DNA of 64,000 bases from Chloroflexota bacterium (GCA_037446495.1 JBBIIL010000003.1:76011-140010); one strand, 5' to 3'; numbered from the stretch's first letter, positions 51,079 through 60,072 are shown. The notes: a model not told the origin generated them from the letters alone. Program-made: numbers and translations.

Positions 51079-52941
51079 ATGTCGACGCCATCGCGTTCTC
51101 TGCGTGCCCCGCGTGCGCGGTCCGCCTTCGGGGCGGCCTTCCTGTCCCTGGTCTTCCCCGGGCTCGGGCACGCATATGCGGGCGCCTGGGCCCGGGCCTT
51201 GGGCTTCGCGGCCCTGCCCCTGCTGGCGGTCGCCGCCGGCGCTGGCATCGTGCTCGAGAGCGACAGGTTCAAGCTCCTCGCTGCGTTCGCCAGCCCAACC
51301 GTGCTCGACGGCGTTCTCGTCGTCAACATCGTCGCGTTCCTGTATCGCGCCGCGGCCGCCGTCGACGCCTGGAATGTGGCCAGGTTCCTCAACATGGCGG
51401 ACGCTTCCGGCGACGGGCGCCTCGGCCGGGCCCGCATGGCCATCAACCCGCTGTCCATTGCCGGTCTCGCCGCGATCGTGCTCGTCATGGCCGGCTCGCA
51501 CCTCGTGGTCTGGCGTTACGACGCGCTGGCCCTCTCAGTGGTCAACTGCCTCAACCCCGACACGGCAGATGCGAGTTGCGACTCCGCCAACGGGAACGGG
51601 ACCGCCAACGCACCGGGCGGGCAACCGTCTGCCTCCACCGCGGGCAGCGATTCATCGGCGAACGCCACGCCGTCGTCCATCCCCACCCCGATCGGCTCGG
51701 ACACGGGCGCCACCCCGGCCCCGTCGCTCCCGCCCTGGGACGGCACGAGCCGCCTCAACATCCTGCTCGTGGGCACCGACCAGCGGACGGAGTCGCAGGC
51801 CGCGTTCAACACCGACACGGTGATCGTGGTCTCGATCGACCCCAAGACCAAGCAGGTCGCAATGCTCCAGCTGCCGAGAGACACCGCGAACGTCCCGGTG
51901 CCGCCCAACGCGCAGGGCGTCTGGGGCTCCGTGTACCAAGGCAAGATCACCTCCTGGTTCGCGGCCAATGAGAATCTCACGAACCTGTGGCCGGGGAAGA
52001 CGGCCCAGGCGCGCGGCTTCGCTGCCCTGCAGTCGATCCTGGGCAACCTGTACGGCCTGAGCATCCCGTACTACGTGAAGGTCGACTTCAAGGGCTTCAC
52101 GGACGCCGTGGACACGCTGGGCGGCGTGCAGGTCAACGTCCAGATCCCCGTGGCCGAGGACGAGTTCCCGTTCACCGACCAGATCAAGACCCGCGTGTAC
52201 ATCCCCGCCGGCCCGCAGGAGATGAACGGCCAGCAGGCGCTCATCTATGCCCGCTCGCGCCACGGCTCGAACGACTTCGACCGCGGCCACCGCCAGCAGC
52301 GCGTGATCCTCTCGCTCAAGAACGAGCTCAACCCGCAGACGGTGTTCGCGAACCTGTCCAGCTTCGTCGAGTCGCTCAAGTCCGCCGTCAAGACCAACAT
52401 CCCCGTGGGCGACACCACGACGATGGGCAGGCTCCTCAGCCTGGCCTCCCAGATCGACACCAAGAACATCCGCTCGTACGTGTTCTCGCCGCCCTACTTC
52501 GCCACTGACATGTGGGGGCCATCAGGTGGCACGAACAGCAACATCGTGATCAAGACGGCACGCGTCCAGTCGGCCGTGCAGCAGGCATTCAGCCTGAGCC
52601 CGGCGCTGCTGGCCCTGCGCGACACCCTCAGCGCCGAGGCGGCGCAGGTGTGGGTCAAGGACGGCACGAACGGCATGGGCCTGGCCGGCAATCACGCCGC
52701 CTACCTCGACTACTTCGGGATGGACGCCTCGGCACTGACGAAGCTCGCCTCGGCGACGCCCGCCCATACCACCGTCACCGTGTTCAATGGCGCCGCATCG
52801 CGCCTGTCGGCCACGATCAAGTACCTGCAGAGCCTGTACGGCGTTACCGTGCAGTCCGCCACGGATCCGGCGGTCAAGGCGGACGTCGTCATCTTGATCG
52901 GTCGAGACGCGCAGCAGCTCACGGTGCCATCCGCCGGTTGA
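51079..52941 (+). CDS. LytR-CpsA-Psr (LCP) family cell-envelope phosphotransferase with N-terminal TM region and LytR_C-like C-terminal domain
   Basis: RLNILLVGTDQR ... DTVIVVSIDP ... LPRDT ... MNGQQALIYARSRH ... DFDRGHRQQ are typical LCP core motifs. Confidence 0.88.
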   Translation: MSTPSRSLRAPRARSAFGAAFLSLVFPGLGHAYAGAWARALGFAALPLLAVAAGAGIVLESDRFKLLAAFASPTVLDGVLVVNIVAFLYRAAAAVDAWNVARFLNMADASGDGRLGRARMAINPLSIAGLAAIVLVMAGSHLVVWRYDALALSVVNCLNPDTADASCDSANGNGTANAPGGQPSASTAGSDSSANATPSSIPTPIGSDTGATPAPSLPPWDGTSRLNILLVGTDQRTESQAAFNTDTVIVVSIDPKTKQVAMLQLPRDTANVPVPPNAQGVWGSVYQGKITSWFAANENLTNLWPGKTAQARGFAALQSILGNLYGLSIPYYVKVDFKGFTDAVDTLGGVQVNVQIPVAEDEFPFTDQIKTRVYIPAGPQEMNGQQALIYARSRHGSNDFDRGHRQQRVILSLKNELNPQTVFANLSSFVESLKSAVKTNIPVGDTTTMGRLLSLASQIDTKNIRSYVFSPPYFATDMWGPSGGTNSNIVIKTARVQSAVQQAFSLSPALLALRDTLSAEAAQVWVKDGTNGMGLAGNHAAYLDYFGMDASALTKLASATPAHTTVTVFNGAASRLSATIKYLQSLYGVTVQSATDPAVKADVVILIGRDAQQLTVPSAG

Positions 52942-53001
52942 CCCGGCCGCCCTCGACGTGGCCCGACGCGGCAGCGTCCAAGGCGCGGCTCGCCTCCCGG
53001 C

Positions 53002-53958
53002 TCAGCGGATCGGCGTGAGCCAGCTCGCGTACTGCGGCAGGTTCCCGCGCACCGCGGCGAAGTACGTCTCGCTGACCTTGCGCGAGACCGGGCCGATGGC
53101 CCCGGTGCCCACGGCACGGTGGTCCACCTCGGTCACGGCGCTCACCTGGACGCCGGTCCCGCAGAGGAAGACCTCGTCGCAGACGTAGAGCTCGGAGCGG
53201 TCGATCGAGCGGACCTCGGTGGGGATGCCCAGATCGGCGGCGAGCGTCAGGATGGCCTTGCGGGTCACGCCCTCGAGGATGTCGTCCGAGACGGGCGGGG
53301 TGATCAGCGTCCCGCCCCGGACCACGAACAGGTTCGCAGCGGAGGCCTCCGACGCGTGGCCGCCCGGTGTGAGGACCAACGCCTCGTCATAGCCGTTGAG
53401 CTCAGCTTCCGACTTCTGGAAGGCCATGTTGACGTACCCGCCCACGATCTTGCCTCGGGCCGGCAGCGCCTCGTCGGCATTGCGGCGCCAGGTGGACGTC
53501 GCGACGCGGATGCCCTTCTCGATGTCCACGTAGTTGCCGAATGGCGTTGCCAGCACGTAGAGCTCGTGGTCGAGGTGGTGCAGCTTGACGCCGATCGCAC
53601 GGGTGCTCTTGTAGAAGGACGGCCGGATGTAGGCGTCCTCGCGGAATGCGTTTCGCCTGGCGGTCTCCACGACGATGGCTGACAGCTCGTCCACGGACGG
53701 CAGATTCTCCATCAGCAGCATCTTGGCGCTGTTGCGGATGCGCTCCATGTGCTCGCGGATGAACAGCCCGTAGAGCTGGCCCTGGTCGGCGTTCCAGTAG
53801 GCGCGGATACCCTCGAAGGTGGCTGTGCCGTACATGAACGCGTGGGTCATGATGCTGACCTTGGCGTCCCGCAGGGCCACGTAGTCGCCCTCGAAGTAGG
53901 CAATCAGCTCGTCGAGCGGGCGGGGCTGGGGGGCTGCGGACGGTTGCTGGGTGAGCAT
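53002..53958 (-). CDS. ilvE: branched-chain amino acid aminotransferase (fold-type IV)
   Basis: The ATG at 53958 follows GGAG. Motifs include FMYGTATFEGIRAY, ARGKIVGGYVN and GVTRKAIL. Confidence 0.88.
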   Translation of the reverse strand: MLTQQPSAAPQPRPLDELIAYFEGDYVALRDAKVSIMTHAFMYGTATFEGIRAYWNADQGQLYGLFIREHMERIRNSAKMLLMENLPSVDELSAIVVETARRNAFREDAYIRPSFYKSTRAIGVKLHHLDHELYVLATPFGNYVDIEKGIRVATSTWRRNADEALPARGKIVGGYVNMAFQKSEAELNGYDEALVLTPGGHASEASAANLFVVRGGTLITPPVSDDILEGVTRKAILTLAADLGIPTEVRSIDRSELYVCDEVFLCGTGVQVSAVTEVDHRAVGTGAIGPVSRKVSETYFAAVRGNLPQYASWLTPIR

Positions 53959-54016
53959 CGGCGGGCTCCAGGTGGAGTTGCGGCGCGTGACCGCGCGGGC
54001 TCGATTCGGTCCCAGA

Positions 54017-54025
54017 ACTCTAGCA
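54017..54025 (-). promoter_or_regulatory. candidate extended -10 element (TGcTAGAGT) upstream of ilvE
   Basis: The minus strand reads gcgTGcTAGAGTtctggg about 60 nt upstream of the ilvE ATG. It has the same cgTGcTA form as the rplS and rpsF upstream regions. Confidence 0.4.
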
Positions 54026-54304
54026 CGCACGTTCCATCGGCTCGGTGCCGCCCCCTGCCCGGGCCCCCGGCAATGGCCGGGTTCACGTCGTGCAAGCCAC
54101 CCCATGGCTGCATGGAGCGCTGCCTGCACGGCTCAGCCCCCCGGTGGCGCAATCGTGCGCGCTGACGGCCCGGGCACCCATGTCGCAGCACGAATCGGCC
54201 GCCCGGCGGCTGGTCCGCGCGGCCGAGGCACCATGCAACCACCCGGTGGCTAAACCCGAGCGAGGACGGCTGTAGGACGCGGCCCCCGCGGCCCCGACAG
54301 CGGT

Positions 54305-55366
54305 TCAGCCCAGGTGCACGACGCCGGTTAGCTGCGCCACCACGAGTGCGAGGTACGCGACGTACAGCAGCCCCCCCACGAGCAGCGCCCGGCCGTCCAG
54401 CGAGCCGCGACGGGCCATCGGCCCGAAGACCGCGGCCACGGCAGCAAGGGCCATGAACGCCGACGCGAACGCCAGGACGGTGTCGCCTGAGACGTGCCAG
54501 GCAGACCCGGCGAGCACCAGCGCGACAATCGTAGGGATCGCGGACTGAAACACCATGGCGCCCGTGATGTTCCCCATCGCGAGCGTGTCCTTGTTCTGGC
54601 GGACCCAGATGAGGCTGTTGAACTTCTCGGGCAGCTCGGTCGCGATGGGCGCGATGACCAGCGCCAGCAGCAGCTCGGACACGCCCAGGGAGGTTGCCAG
54701 GGCGCTGACGGCGCCCACGAACAGGTATGCACCGCCGACGATGCACCCGAGCGCGGCCACCACCTGCAGCGTGACGACGCGCAGCCGCGGGACAGCCGGG
54801 TCGGCGGCATGCCCGGGGCGATCGAGGCGGTGGAAGCGAAGGGGCGACAGGTCCTCCTCGCCCGCCTCGTGCTCGGCGTCGAAGTGGCCCTTCACGTAGA
54901 CGGCGTAGATGGCCGCGAGCATGGCTGCGACGACCCACTTGAGCATCGAGAGCCCTTCGGGCAGGAAGGCCGCGGCGATCGCGAGCGAGTAGGCCCCGAC
55001 GAAGTACTTGATGTCGTGGACGAGCACGCCCGTGTCCACGGCCATCACCGTGCCCGACGGCCGGCGGTTGCGGTACGCGATCACGCCCACGCCGGTGACG
55101 AACATGGCGAGCGTGGACAGCATGAACGGAGCGCCCAGCACGGCGCCGATGCCCACCTCGTCCGTGGCGTGGCCGCCGCCCCCGAATCCGATCGCGATGA
55201 TGGGGATCATCGTCTCGGGCAGCGCGGTGCCCACAGCGGCGAGGACCGACCCCACGGCGCCCTCGGCCAGCTCGAGCTTGCGCCCGAACCACTCGATGCC
55301 GTTGGTGAAGAGCTCGGCTCCCGCGAGGATGACGAAGAAGGCGAGGACGAGCAGGACCGCGTCCAC
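54305..55366 (-). CDS. Ca2+/cation antiporter (CaCA, YrbG-like sodium/calcium exchanger membrane protein)
   Basis: Two alpha-repeat motifs (GTALPE and ATELPE) in a roughly 10-TM protein. The in-frame GTG at 55366 lies 3 nt after the DUF1634 stop. The upstream part of the track ORF is Arg/Pro-rich noise. Confidence 0.85.
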   Translation of the reverse strand: MDAVLLVLAFFVILAGAELFTNGIEWFGRKLELAEGAVGSVLAAVGTALPETMIPIIAIGFGGGGHATDEVGIGAVLGAPFMLSTLAMFVTGVGVIAYRNRRPSGTVMAVDTGVLVHDIKYFVGAYSLAIAAAFLPEGLSMLKWVVAAMLAAIYAVYVKGHFDAEHEAGEEDLSPLRFHRLDRPGHAADPAVPRLRVVTLQVVAALGCIVGGAYLFVGAVSALATSLGVSELLLALVIAPIATELPEKFNSLIWVRQNKDTLAMGNITGAMVFQSAIPTIVALVLAGSAWHVSGDTVLAFASAFMALAAVAAVFGPMARRGSLDGRALLVGGLLYVAYLALVVAQLTGVVHLG

Positions 55367-55368
55367 GA

Positions 55369-55767
55369 TCAGCCCTGGAGGCCGAGGGCGGCGATGACCG
55401 AGGAGACGATCACCAGCAGCACCAGCACCGACACCAGCGCGAGCCGGCGGTCGTGCGCCGCGAGGAACCCGGCGCCGGACACTGTGACTCGGCCGACCGG
55501 CAGCGCCACGAGCAGCGTCATGCCAGCCCAGATGAAGCCCTCCGGCTGGAGGCGCGCGATTTGCCCCGGGATGGCGACCAGCGAATACGGCGGGAAGGAT
55601 CGGCCACCGAGCGGGTCGATCCCCTTCACCGCCATCCCGACGACGCCGACGAGGATGAACAGCAGGGCGAGCCGAGTGCCCCAAGCCAGCAGGCGCCCTG
55701 CGATCGTCTCCAGACGTGCGGCCGTGGCCGCCGTCGAGGTCACCGCGGGGTGCCGCTGCGCGCTCAC
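55369..55767 (-). CDS. DUF1634-like small membrane protein
   Basis: 132 aa with 3-4 TM helices. The GTG start overlaps the TauE stop (GTGA). From memory, the DUF81/TauE plus DUF1634 pairing is a recurrent gene pair. Confidence 0.6.
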   Translation of the reverse strand: MSAQRHPAVTSTAATAARLETIAGRLLAWGTRLALLFILVGVVGMAVKGIDPLGGRSFPPYSLVAIPGQIARLQPEGFIWAGMTLLVALPVGRVTVSGAGFLAAHDRRLALVSVLVLLVIVSSVIAALGLQG

Positions 55768-56591
55768 GAGGCGAGCGCCTTCTGGACCATCTCGACGGCC
55801 GTGTAGAGCAGCACGATGACGAACAGCACCTGCAGCAGGCGCGTGTTGACCCGGTGGGCGACACGGCTGCCCAGCGTGGCGCCGACGAAGACGCCGATCG
55901 CCGTCGGGCCGGCGACGAACGGGTCGATCTGGCCGCGCAGCAGATAGATGACCGCAGACGAGGTGGCCGTGATGCCGATCATCATGTTGCTCGTGGCGGT
56001 GGCCACCCTCAGCGGCACGCCCATCAGGACGTTCATCGTGGGCACCTTCACGATGCCGCCGCCGACGCCCAGGAGTGCCGACACGAGCCCGGCGAAGACC
56101 GAGCCGGCCATGCCGAGGGGCAGGCGGTGGACGCGGTAGCCAGGCCCGGCGAGGGTGTCGGTGAAGCTCGGCTCCGCCTCGGAGTCAGGCCCCGGCTCGG
56201 CGACGGCTGGCGACGCGGATGCCGGGCTGCCCATGGCGCGGTGGAGCATCGTGCCGGACATCCACAGCAGGAGCGCCGCGAATAGGCCTGCGAGCACCTG
56301 CTCGGAGAGCAGGAAGGCGATGAGCCCGCCGACGAGGGCCCCCGACGCGGAGAAGAGCTCGAGCACCATGCCCAGCCGGAGGTTCGCGACGTGCTTCCTC
56401 AGGTACACGCTCGCACCGGCGCTCGACGTCACGATGACCGAGACGAGCGACACCGAGACGGACTCCCGCAGCGGCAACCCGAAGCCGAGCGTGAGCAGCG
56501 GCACGATGAGCACGCCGCCGCCGAGGCCGAGCAGCGAGCCGAAGAGCCCCGCGAGAACGCCGCCGCCCGCGAGGACGAGGCCGGTGATCAC
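55764..56591 (-). CDS. TauE/SafE (DUF81) family anion exporter
   Basis: MITGLVLAGGGVLAGLFGSLLGLGGGVLIVPLL, with a second internal repeat (LLGVGGGIVKVP), is typical of TauE/SafE. Confidence 0.85.
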   Translation of the reverse strand: MITGLVLAGGGVLAGLFGSLLGLGGGVLIVPLLTLGFGLPLRESVSVSLVSVIVTSSAGASVYLRKHVANLRLGMVLELFSASGALVGGLIAFLLSEQVLAGLFAALLLWMSGTMLHRAMGSPASASPAVAEPGPDSEAEPSFTDTLAGPGYRVHRLPLGMAGSVFAGLVSALLGVGGGIVKVPTMNVLMGVPLRVATATSNMMIGITATSSAVIYLLRGQIDPFVAGPTAIGVFVGATLGSRVAHRVNTRLLQVLFVIVLLYTAVEMVQKALAS

Positions 56592-56648
56592 CGGAGGCTC
56601 GCCGGGCCGACAGCGCCCCCGGCGACCGGGACCAGCACCGTCAGCGGG

Positions 56649-56915
56649 CTATGGGCGCAGGTGCTGCGGCGCGTACGGCAGGAGCGCGACGTGGCGGGCC
56701 CGCTTGAGGGCCACGGACAGCTCGCGCTGGTGGGCGGCACAGGTGCCGGTCTTCCGGCGCGGCTCGATCTTCGCGCGCTCCGAGAGGTATCGGCGGAGGC
56801 GGTTGACCTCCTTGTAGTCGATCGAGACGGTCTTGTCGGCGCAGAAGGAGCAGACCTTCCGGCGTCGGCGGTCGCGATAGTAGTCGTCACGCTTCTTCGT
56901 TCGAGAGGGGGGCAT
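56649..56915 (-). CDS. rpsR: 30S ribosomal protein S18
   Basis: [12 protein letters not shown] ... [19 protein letters not shown] is typical S18. Confidence 0.95.
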   Translation of the reverse strand: MPPSRTKKRDDYYRDRRRRKVCSFCADKTVSIDYKEVNRLRRYLSERAKIEPRRKTGTCAAHQRELSVALKRARHVALLPYAPQHLRP

Positions 56916-56975
56916 GTCATGTCTCCAGGTGTGCGGCTCGGCCGCCGGGGCGGCCCGCAGGCCGCGGCAGGATCG

Positions 56976-57452
56976 TCAGAAGGGCAGGTCGTCCAGGTCG
57001 TCGTCGGACGGCCGGGACGGCGGAGCCTGGCGGGTGGGGCGGACGGTTGCCTCGCCGGCGGAAGGGCCGGCGGAAGCGCCGGCGCCGAAGGAGCCGGAAC
57101 CGCCGTCATCGTCTCGGACGCGGGCGTCGAGGCTGACGACCTCGTCTGCGGTGATGTCGAGCGAGATCCGCTTCTGGCCGTCCTTGCCTTCGAACTCCCG
57201 GGTGCGGAACCGCCCCTCGACGAAGACCTTGTTGCCTTTGCGGAACTGCTCGGCGGCGCGCTCGGCTCGATCGCCCCACACGGTCACGCGGTACCAGTCC
57301 GTCTGGTCATCGCGCCACTCGTTGGTCTGCGGGTCGCGGCTCCGGTGGCTGACGGCGACAGAGAACTCGGTCACCGGGCGGCCATTTGGCGTGTAGCGCA
57401 TTTCTGGGTCGCGTCCCAGGTTGCCGATGATGAAGACCTTTGCGAACGCCAT
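56976..57452 (-). CDS. ssb: single-stranded DNA-binding protein
   Basis: OB fold (KVFIIGNLGRDPEMRYTPNG), a Gly-rich linker and a DDDLDDLPF tip. Confidence 0.95.
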   Translation of the reverse strand: MAFAKVFIIGNLGRDPEMRYTPNGRPVTEFSVAVSHRSRDPQTNEWRDDQTDWYRVTVWGDRAERAAEQFRKGNKVFVEGRFRTREFEGKDGQKRISLDITADEVVSLDARVRDDDGGSGSFGAGASAGPSAGEATVRPTRQAPPSRPSDDDLDDLPF

Positions 57453-57467
57453 CGTCGGCTCCCCTCG

Positions 57468-57899
57468 TCAGTCGATCGCCGCGGGCGCGGCCTCGGACTC
57501 GGATTCGTCGATCCGCTCGCCCTCGTCAACCTCTTCCTCGTCCTCGACGGGCGGGATGTCGGCGTCCACGTCCTCGGCCTCGCCTGTGGCGGCATCGCGG
57601 CGCGCCTTCACGGGCTTGACGACGCGGGTCACGAGATAGCGGAGGACCTCCTCGGTGATCTGGAGGCTGCGCTCCATCTCAGCGATGGCCTCGGCCGGGC
57701 TCTCGAACACCACGATGTGGTACGAGCCCTCGCGATAGCGATCGATGGGGTACGCGAGCCGACGACGGCCCCAGGGCGCGACCTTGACGATCTGGCCACC
57801 CGAGGCGACGACGTAGCGCGTGGTGCGGTCAATGACCGCGGACGCCCGCTCATCCGGCGCATCCGGCCGGAGGACGAGCATGAGTTCATAGCGGCGCAC
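57468..57899 (-). CDS. rpsF: 30S ribosomal protein S6 with acidic C-terminal tail
   Basis: VRRYELMLVLRPD... The GTG at 57899 follows GGAAGGAG. The rest of the 424-aa track ORF has no S6 character. Confidence 0.93.
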   Translation of the reverse strand: MRRYELMLVLRPDAPDERASAVIDRTTRYVVASGGQIVKVAPWGRRRLAYPIDRYREGSYHIVVFESPAEAIAEMERSLQITEEVLRYLVTRVVKPVKARRDAATGEAEDVDADIPPVEDEEEVDEGERIDESESEAAPAAID

Positions 57900-57972
57900 G
57901 GCCTGCAAGACTCCTTCCGATGGGATGAGCCCTGTTGGCGGCATGCCGACACAGGGCAGAAAGGACGGCGGG

Positions 57973-57981
57973 AGGATAGCA
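57973..57981 (-). promoter_or_regulatory. candidate extended -10 element (TGcTATCCT) upstream of rpsF-ssb-rpsR
   Basis: The minus strand reads ccgTGcTATCCTcccgcc about 75 nt upstream of the rpsF GTG. The 13-mer cgtgctatcctcc is identical to the one upstream of rplS. Confidence 0.5.
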
Positions 57982-58092
57982 CGGGGGGTCAGGATGGCCC
58001 ATCCCGGACACGCGCCGTGCGAGGCCAAAGGCCCAGCTCCTCGCCTTGTGTATCCTGTCACCTCACTCGCGACAGCCCATCGTGGGGGACCC

Positions 58093-59304
58093 GTGCAACT
58101 CTCCATCTTGCTTCTGGCCGCAGACCGCAACGCAGCCACCCAACTGGCGCAGGCGCTCGCCGCGCCCGGCCACGGGGTGACCGTCGTCGCCACGGTTGAG
58201 GACCTGCTGACCTCCGCGCCCCGGTACAGCCTGGTGGTGCTGGACCGGGTTCCCGCAGGCGCGACCGTCGCCGAGGTCATCGCCGGGCTGCACGCGGACA
58301 CGTCAGGCGCCGTGGCGCCCATCCTCGCCATCTCCCAGACCTCGGACCTCGAGGAGCGGATCGCCCTGCTCGAGGCCGACGCGGACGATGTGCTCACCCG
58401 CCCCTTCGACACGGCCGAGCTCGCTGCGCGCATCGAGGCGCTCGCCCTGCACGCCGAGCGGTCCATGAGCCGGCCCGCAGGTCGCTCCATCGGCGAGGGG
58501 GACGGGCGGCGCGTGATCGCCGTGTTCAGCCCCAAGGGCGGCGTGGGCACAACGTCGGTCGCCACCAACCTCGCGCTGATCGCCGCTGAGCGCCACCCCA
58601 ACCAGACGCTGATCATGGACCTCGACCTGTCGTTCGGCCAGGTCGCCTCGCACCTCAACCTGACCCCGAAGCAGTCGGTGCTCGAGCTCGCGCGCGACGT
58701 CGCCGCCCAGCACGAACCCGAGCTCTTCCGGACGTACGCCATCCATCACCCGGGCAACCTCCAGGTGCTGGCGGCTCCACCCGGACCGGGCTTCTCGTCG
58801 CTGATCACCGCCCAGCACATCGAGCAGATCGTCGCCGCGGCTGCCGAGGCCTACGAGGTGGTGGTCATCGATGCGGGCACGGCGCTCGACGAGCGTGCCA
58901 TGACGGTGTTCGGCCGGAGCGACACGACGATCATCCCGGTCCTGCCGGAGATCCCTGCGCTGAACTCCGTCCACCTGATGTTCGACCAGCTCACCGACAT
59001 CGGAGCGTTGGGCGGCTCCATTCTGTTCGTGCTCAATAACGCCTTCGCCCGCGACCTGCTCAAGCGCACGGACATCGAGACGGCACTGGGTGCGAAGATC
59101 GCTGCCGAGCTCCCGTATGACCCGCTCGTGTACCTCAAGGCCGTGAACGAGGGCGTGCCCGTCGTCCGCGGCTCGGCGCGCTCCCTGCCGGCGGAGAGGC
59201 TGCGGGCGCTGGCCGACATCGTTCTCGGACCGGTGAACGATCCGGCGCGAGTGGCGGCGGCGCCGGCGTCCAAGGAGAAGCGGGGTCTCTTCGGCCGCCA
59301 CTAG
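58093..59304 (+). CDS. response-regulator receiver domain fused to a ParA/MinD-type (CpaE/TadZ-like) ATPase domain
   Basis: REC-like N-terminus (ILLLAADR, LVVLD, ILAISQT, DDVLTRPF), then VIAVFSPKGGVGTTSVATNLA and an AAA_31-like fold. The in-frame GTG at 58093 (VQLSILLL) is preferred over the track start at 57925, which lies in the rpsF promoter region. Confidence 0.75.
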   Translation: MQLSILLLAADRNAATQLAQALAAPGHGVTVVATVEDLLTSAPRYSLVVLDRVPAGATVAEVIAGLHADTSGAVAPILAISQTSDLEERIALLEADADDVLTRPFDTAELAARIEALALHAERSMSRPAGRSIGEGDGRRVIAVFSPKGGVGTTSVATNLALIAAERHPNQTLIMDLDLSFGQVASHLNLTPKQSVLELARDVAAQHEPELFRTYAIHHPGNLQVLAAPPGPGFSSLITAQHIEQIVAAAAEAYEVVVIDAGTALDERAMTVFGRSDTTIIPVLPEIPALNSVHLMFDQLTDIGALGGSILFVLNNAFARDLLKRTDIETALGAKIAAELPYDPLVYLKAVNEGVPVVRGSARSLPAERLRALADIVLGPVNDPARVAAAPASKEKRGLFGRH

Positions 59305-59320
59305 CTCATGGAGCCAGCGA

Positions 59321-59914
59321 ATGGAGGACGACGGTCAGGCCGACGGGGAGCGGGCATTCTGCCCCCTCTGCGGCACGCCGCTGGCCCCGTGGGCGAGGTT
59401 CTGCCCCAAGTGTGGCAACGCCGTCGCCCCGCCGCCCGCCGACATGGCTCCCACGAGGTCGCCAGGGGTGTCCAGGAAGGTCAACCCGTACCGTGAGGCG
59501 CTGATCACGATTGGCATCCTCGCCGTCGCCATCCTCGCCGTCGGCGCCGTGGTCCAGGCCCGCGGGCTCCCGTTCAACCTCGGCAGCCAGCCTGTGCCCG
59601 GTGCCGGTGAGATCTGGTTCGGCGACAGCTTCAACGCCTCCACCTTCGAGCTGCACGAGCGCTGGTCGACGGTGCAGGTCGGGCGGCCGCTCGCGGGGGT
59701 GGCGCACACGACCCGGACCGTCGAGGCGAGCGGGGCGAAATTGCACATCGACCTCGACGGCGCCACCGTCGCAGACCAGCTGCTGGCGAGGATCTCGGGT
59801 CCGGGCGACTTGATCGGCTTCACGTTCACACCGCCGGCCGCGGGGACCTACACCTTCTCCATCGTCGGGCTCGACGGCACGGTCCTCGCCAAGGGGTCGA
59901 TCCCCGCGCAGTAG
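59321..59914 (+). CDS. zinc-ribbon / single-TM / extracytoplasmic beta-rich domain protein, hypothetical
   Basis: CPLCGTPLAPWARFCPKCG zinc ribbon, a TM helix (ALITIGILAVAILAVGAVV) and a roughly 120-aa C-terminal domain. GGAG lies 8 nt upstream, and the gene starts 17 nt after the upstream stop. Confidence 0.6.
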   Translation: MEDDGQADGERAFCPLCGTPLAPWARFCPKCGNAVAPPPADMAPTRSPGVSRKVNPYREALITIGILAVAILAVGAVVQARGLPFNLGSQPVPGAGEIWFGDSFNASTFELHERWSTVQVGRPLAGVAHTTRTVEASGAKLHIDLDGATVADQLLARISGPGDLIGFTFTPPAAGTYTFSIVGLDGTVLAKGSIPAQ

Positions 59915-59931
59915 CGGTGGTCACGCCATTG

Positions 59932-60018
59932 TGGTCCCGAGGGCGAGGTTCGAACTCGCACGGGGTTGCCCCCGGCGGTGTTTAAGACCGCCGCGTCTGC
60001 CGGTTCCGCCACCTCGGG
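59932..60018 (-). tRNA. tRNA-Leu (anticodon TAA), class II with long variable arm, CCA encoded
   Basis: The minus strand reads cccgaggtggcggaaccggcagacgcggcggtCTTAAACaccgcc...gcgagttcgaacctcgccctcgggacca. Acceptor, T arm and anticodon loop were folded by eye. Confidence 0.85.
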
Positions 60019-60072
60019 CAAGACCGATCGTAGTCCCTCCGGGCCGTCCACCGCTGAGCCGTCCGCCCGGTT

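Noticed and set aside
50878-51501. A 208-codon N-terminal extension of ileS in the track. Similar extensions appear on plsX, rpe, coaD, ilvE, the CaCA gene, rpsF, rplS, acpP, lspA, lemA, rnhB, ftsY, rnc and pyrH.
   Set aside because: The extensions lack family similarity and often overlap the neighbouring gene or divergent genes. Internal starts with stop/start overlaps or Shine-Dalgarno sequences give family-typical lengths.
54231-54249. Possible T-box riboswitch upstream of ilvE, based on a GGGTGGT heptamer.
   Set aside because: Only 7 nt of the T-box core match. The ACCGCG continuation, a specifier loop and a terminator or sequestrator arrangement are all absent. The site also lies upstream of the best promoter candidate.
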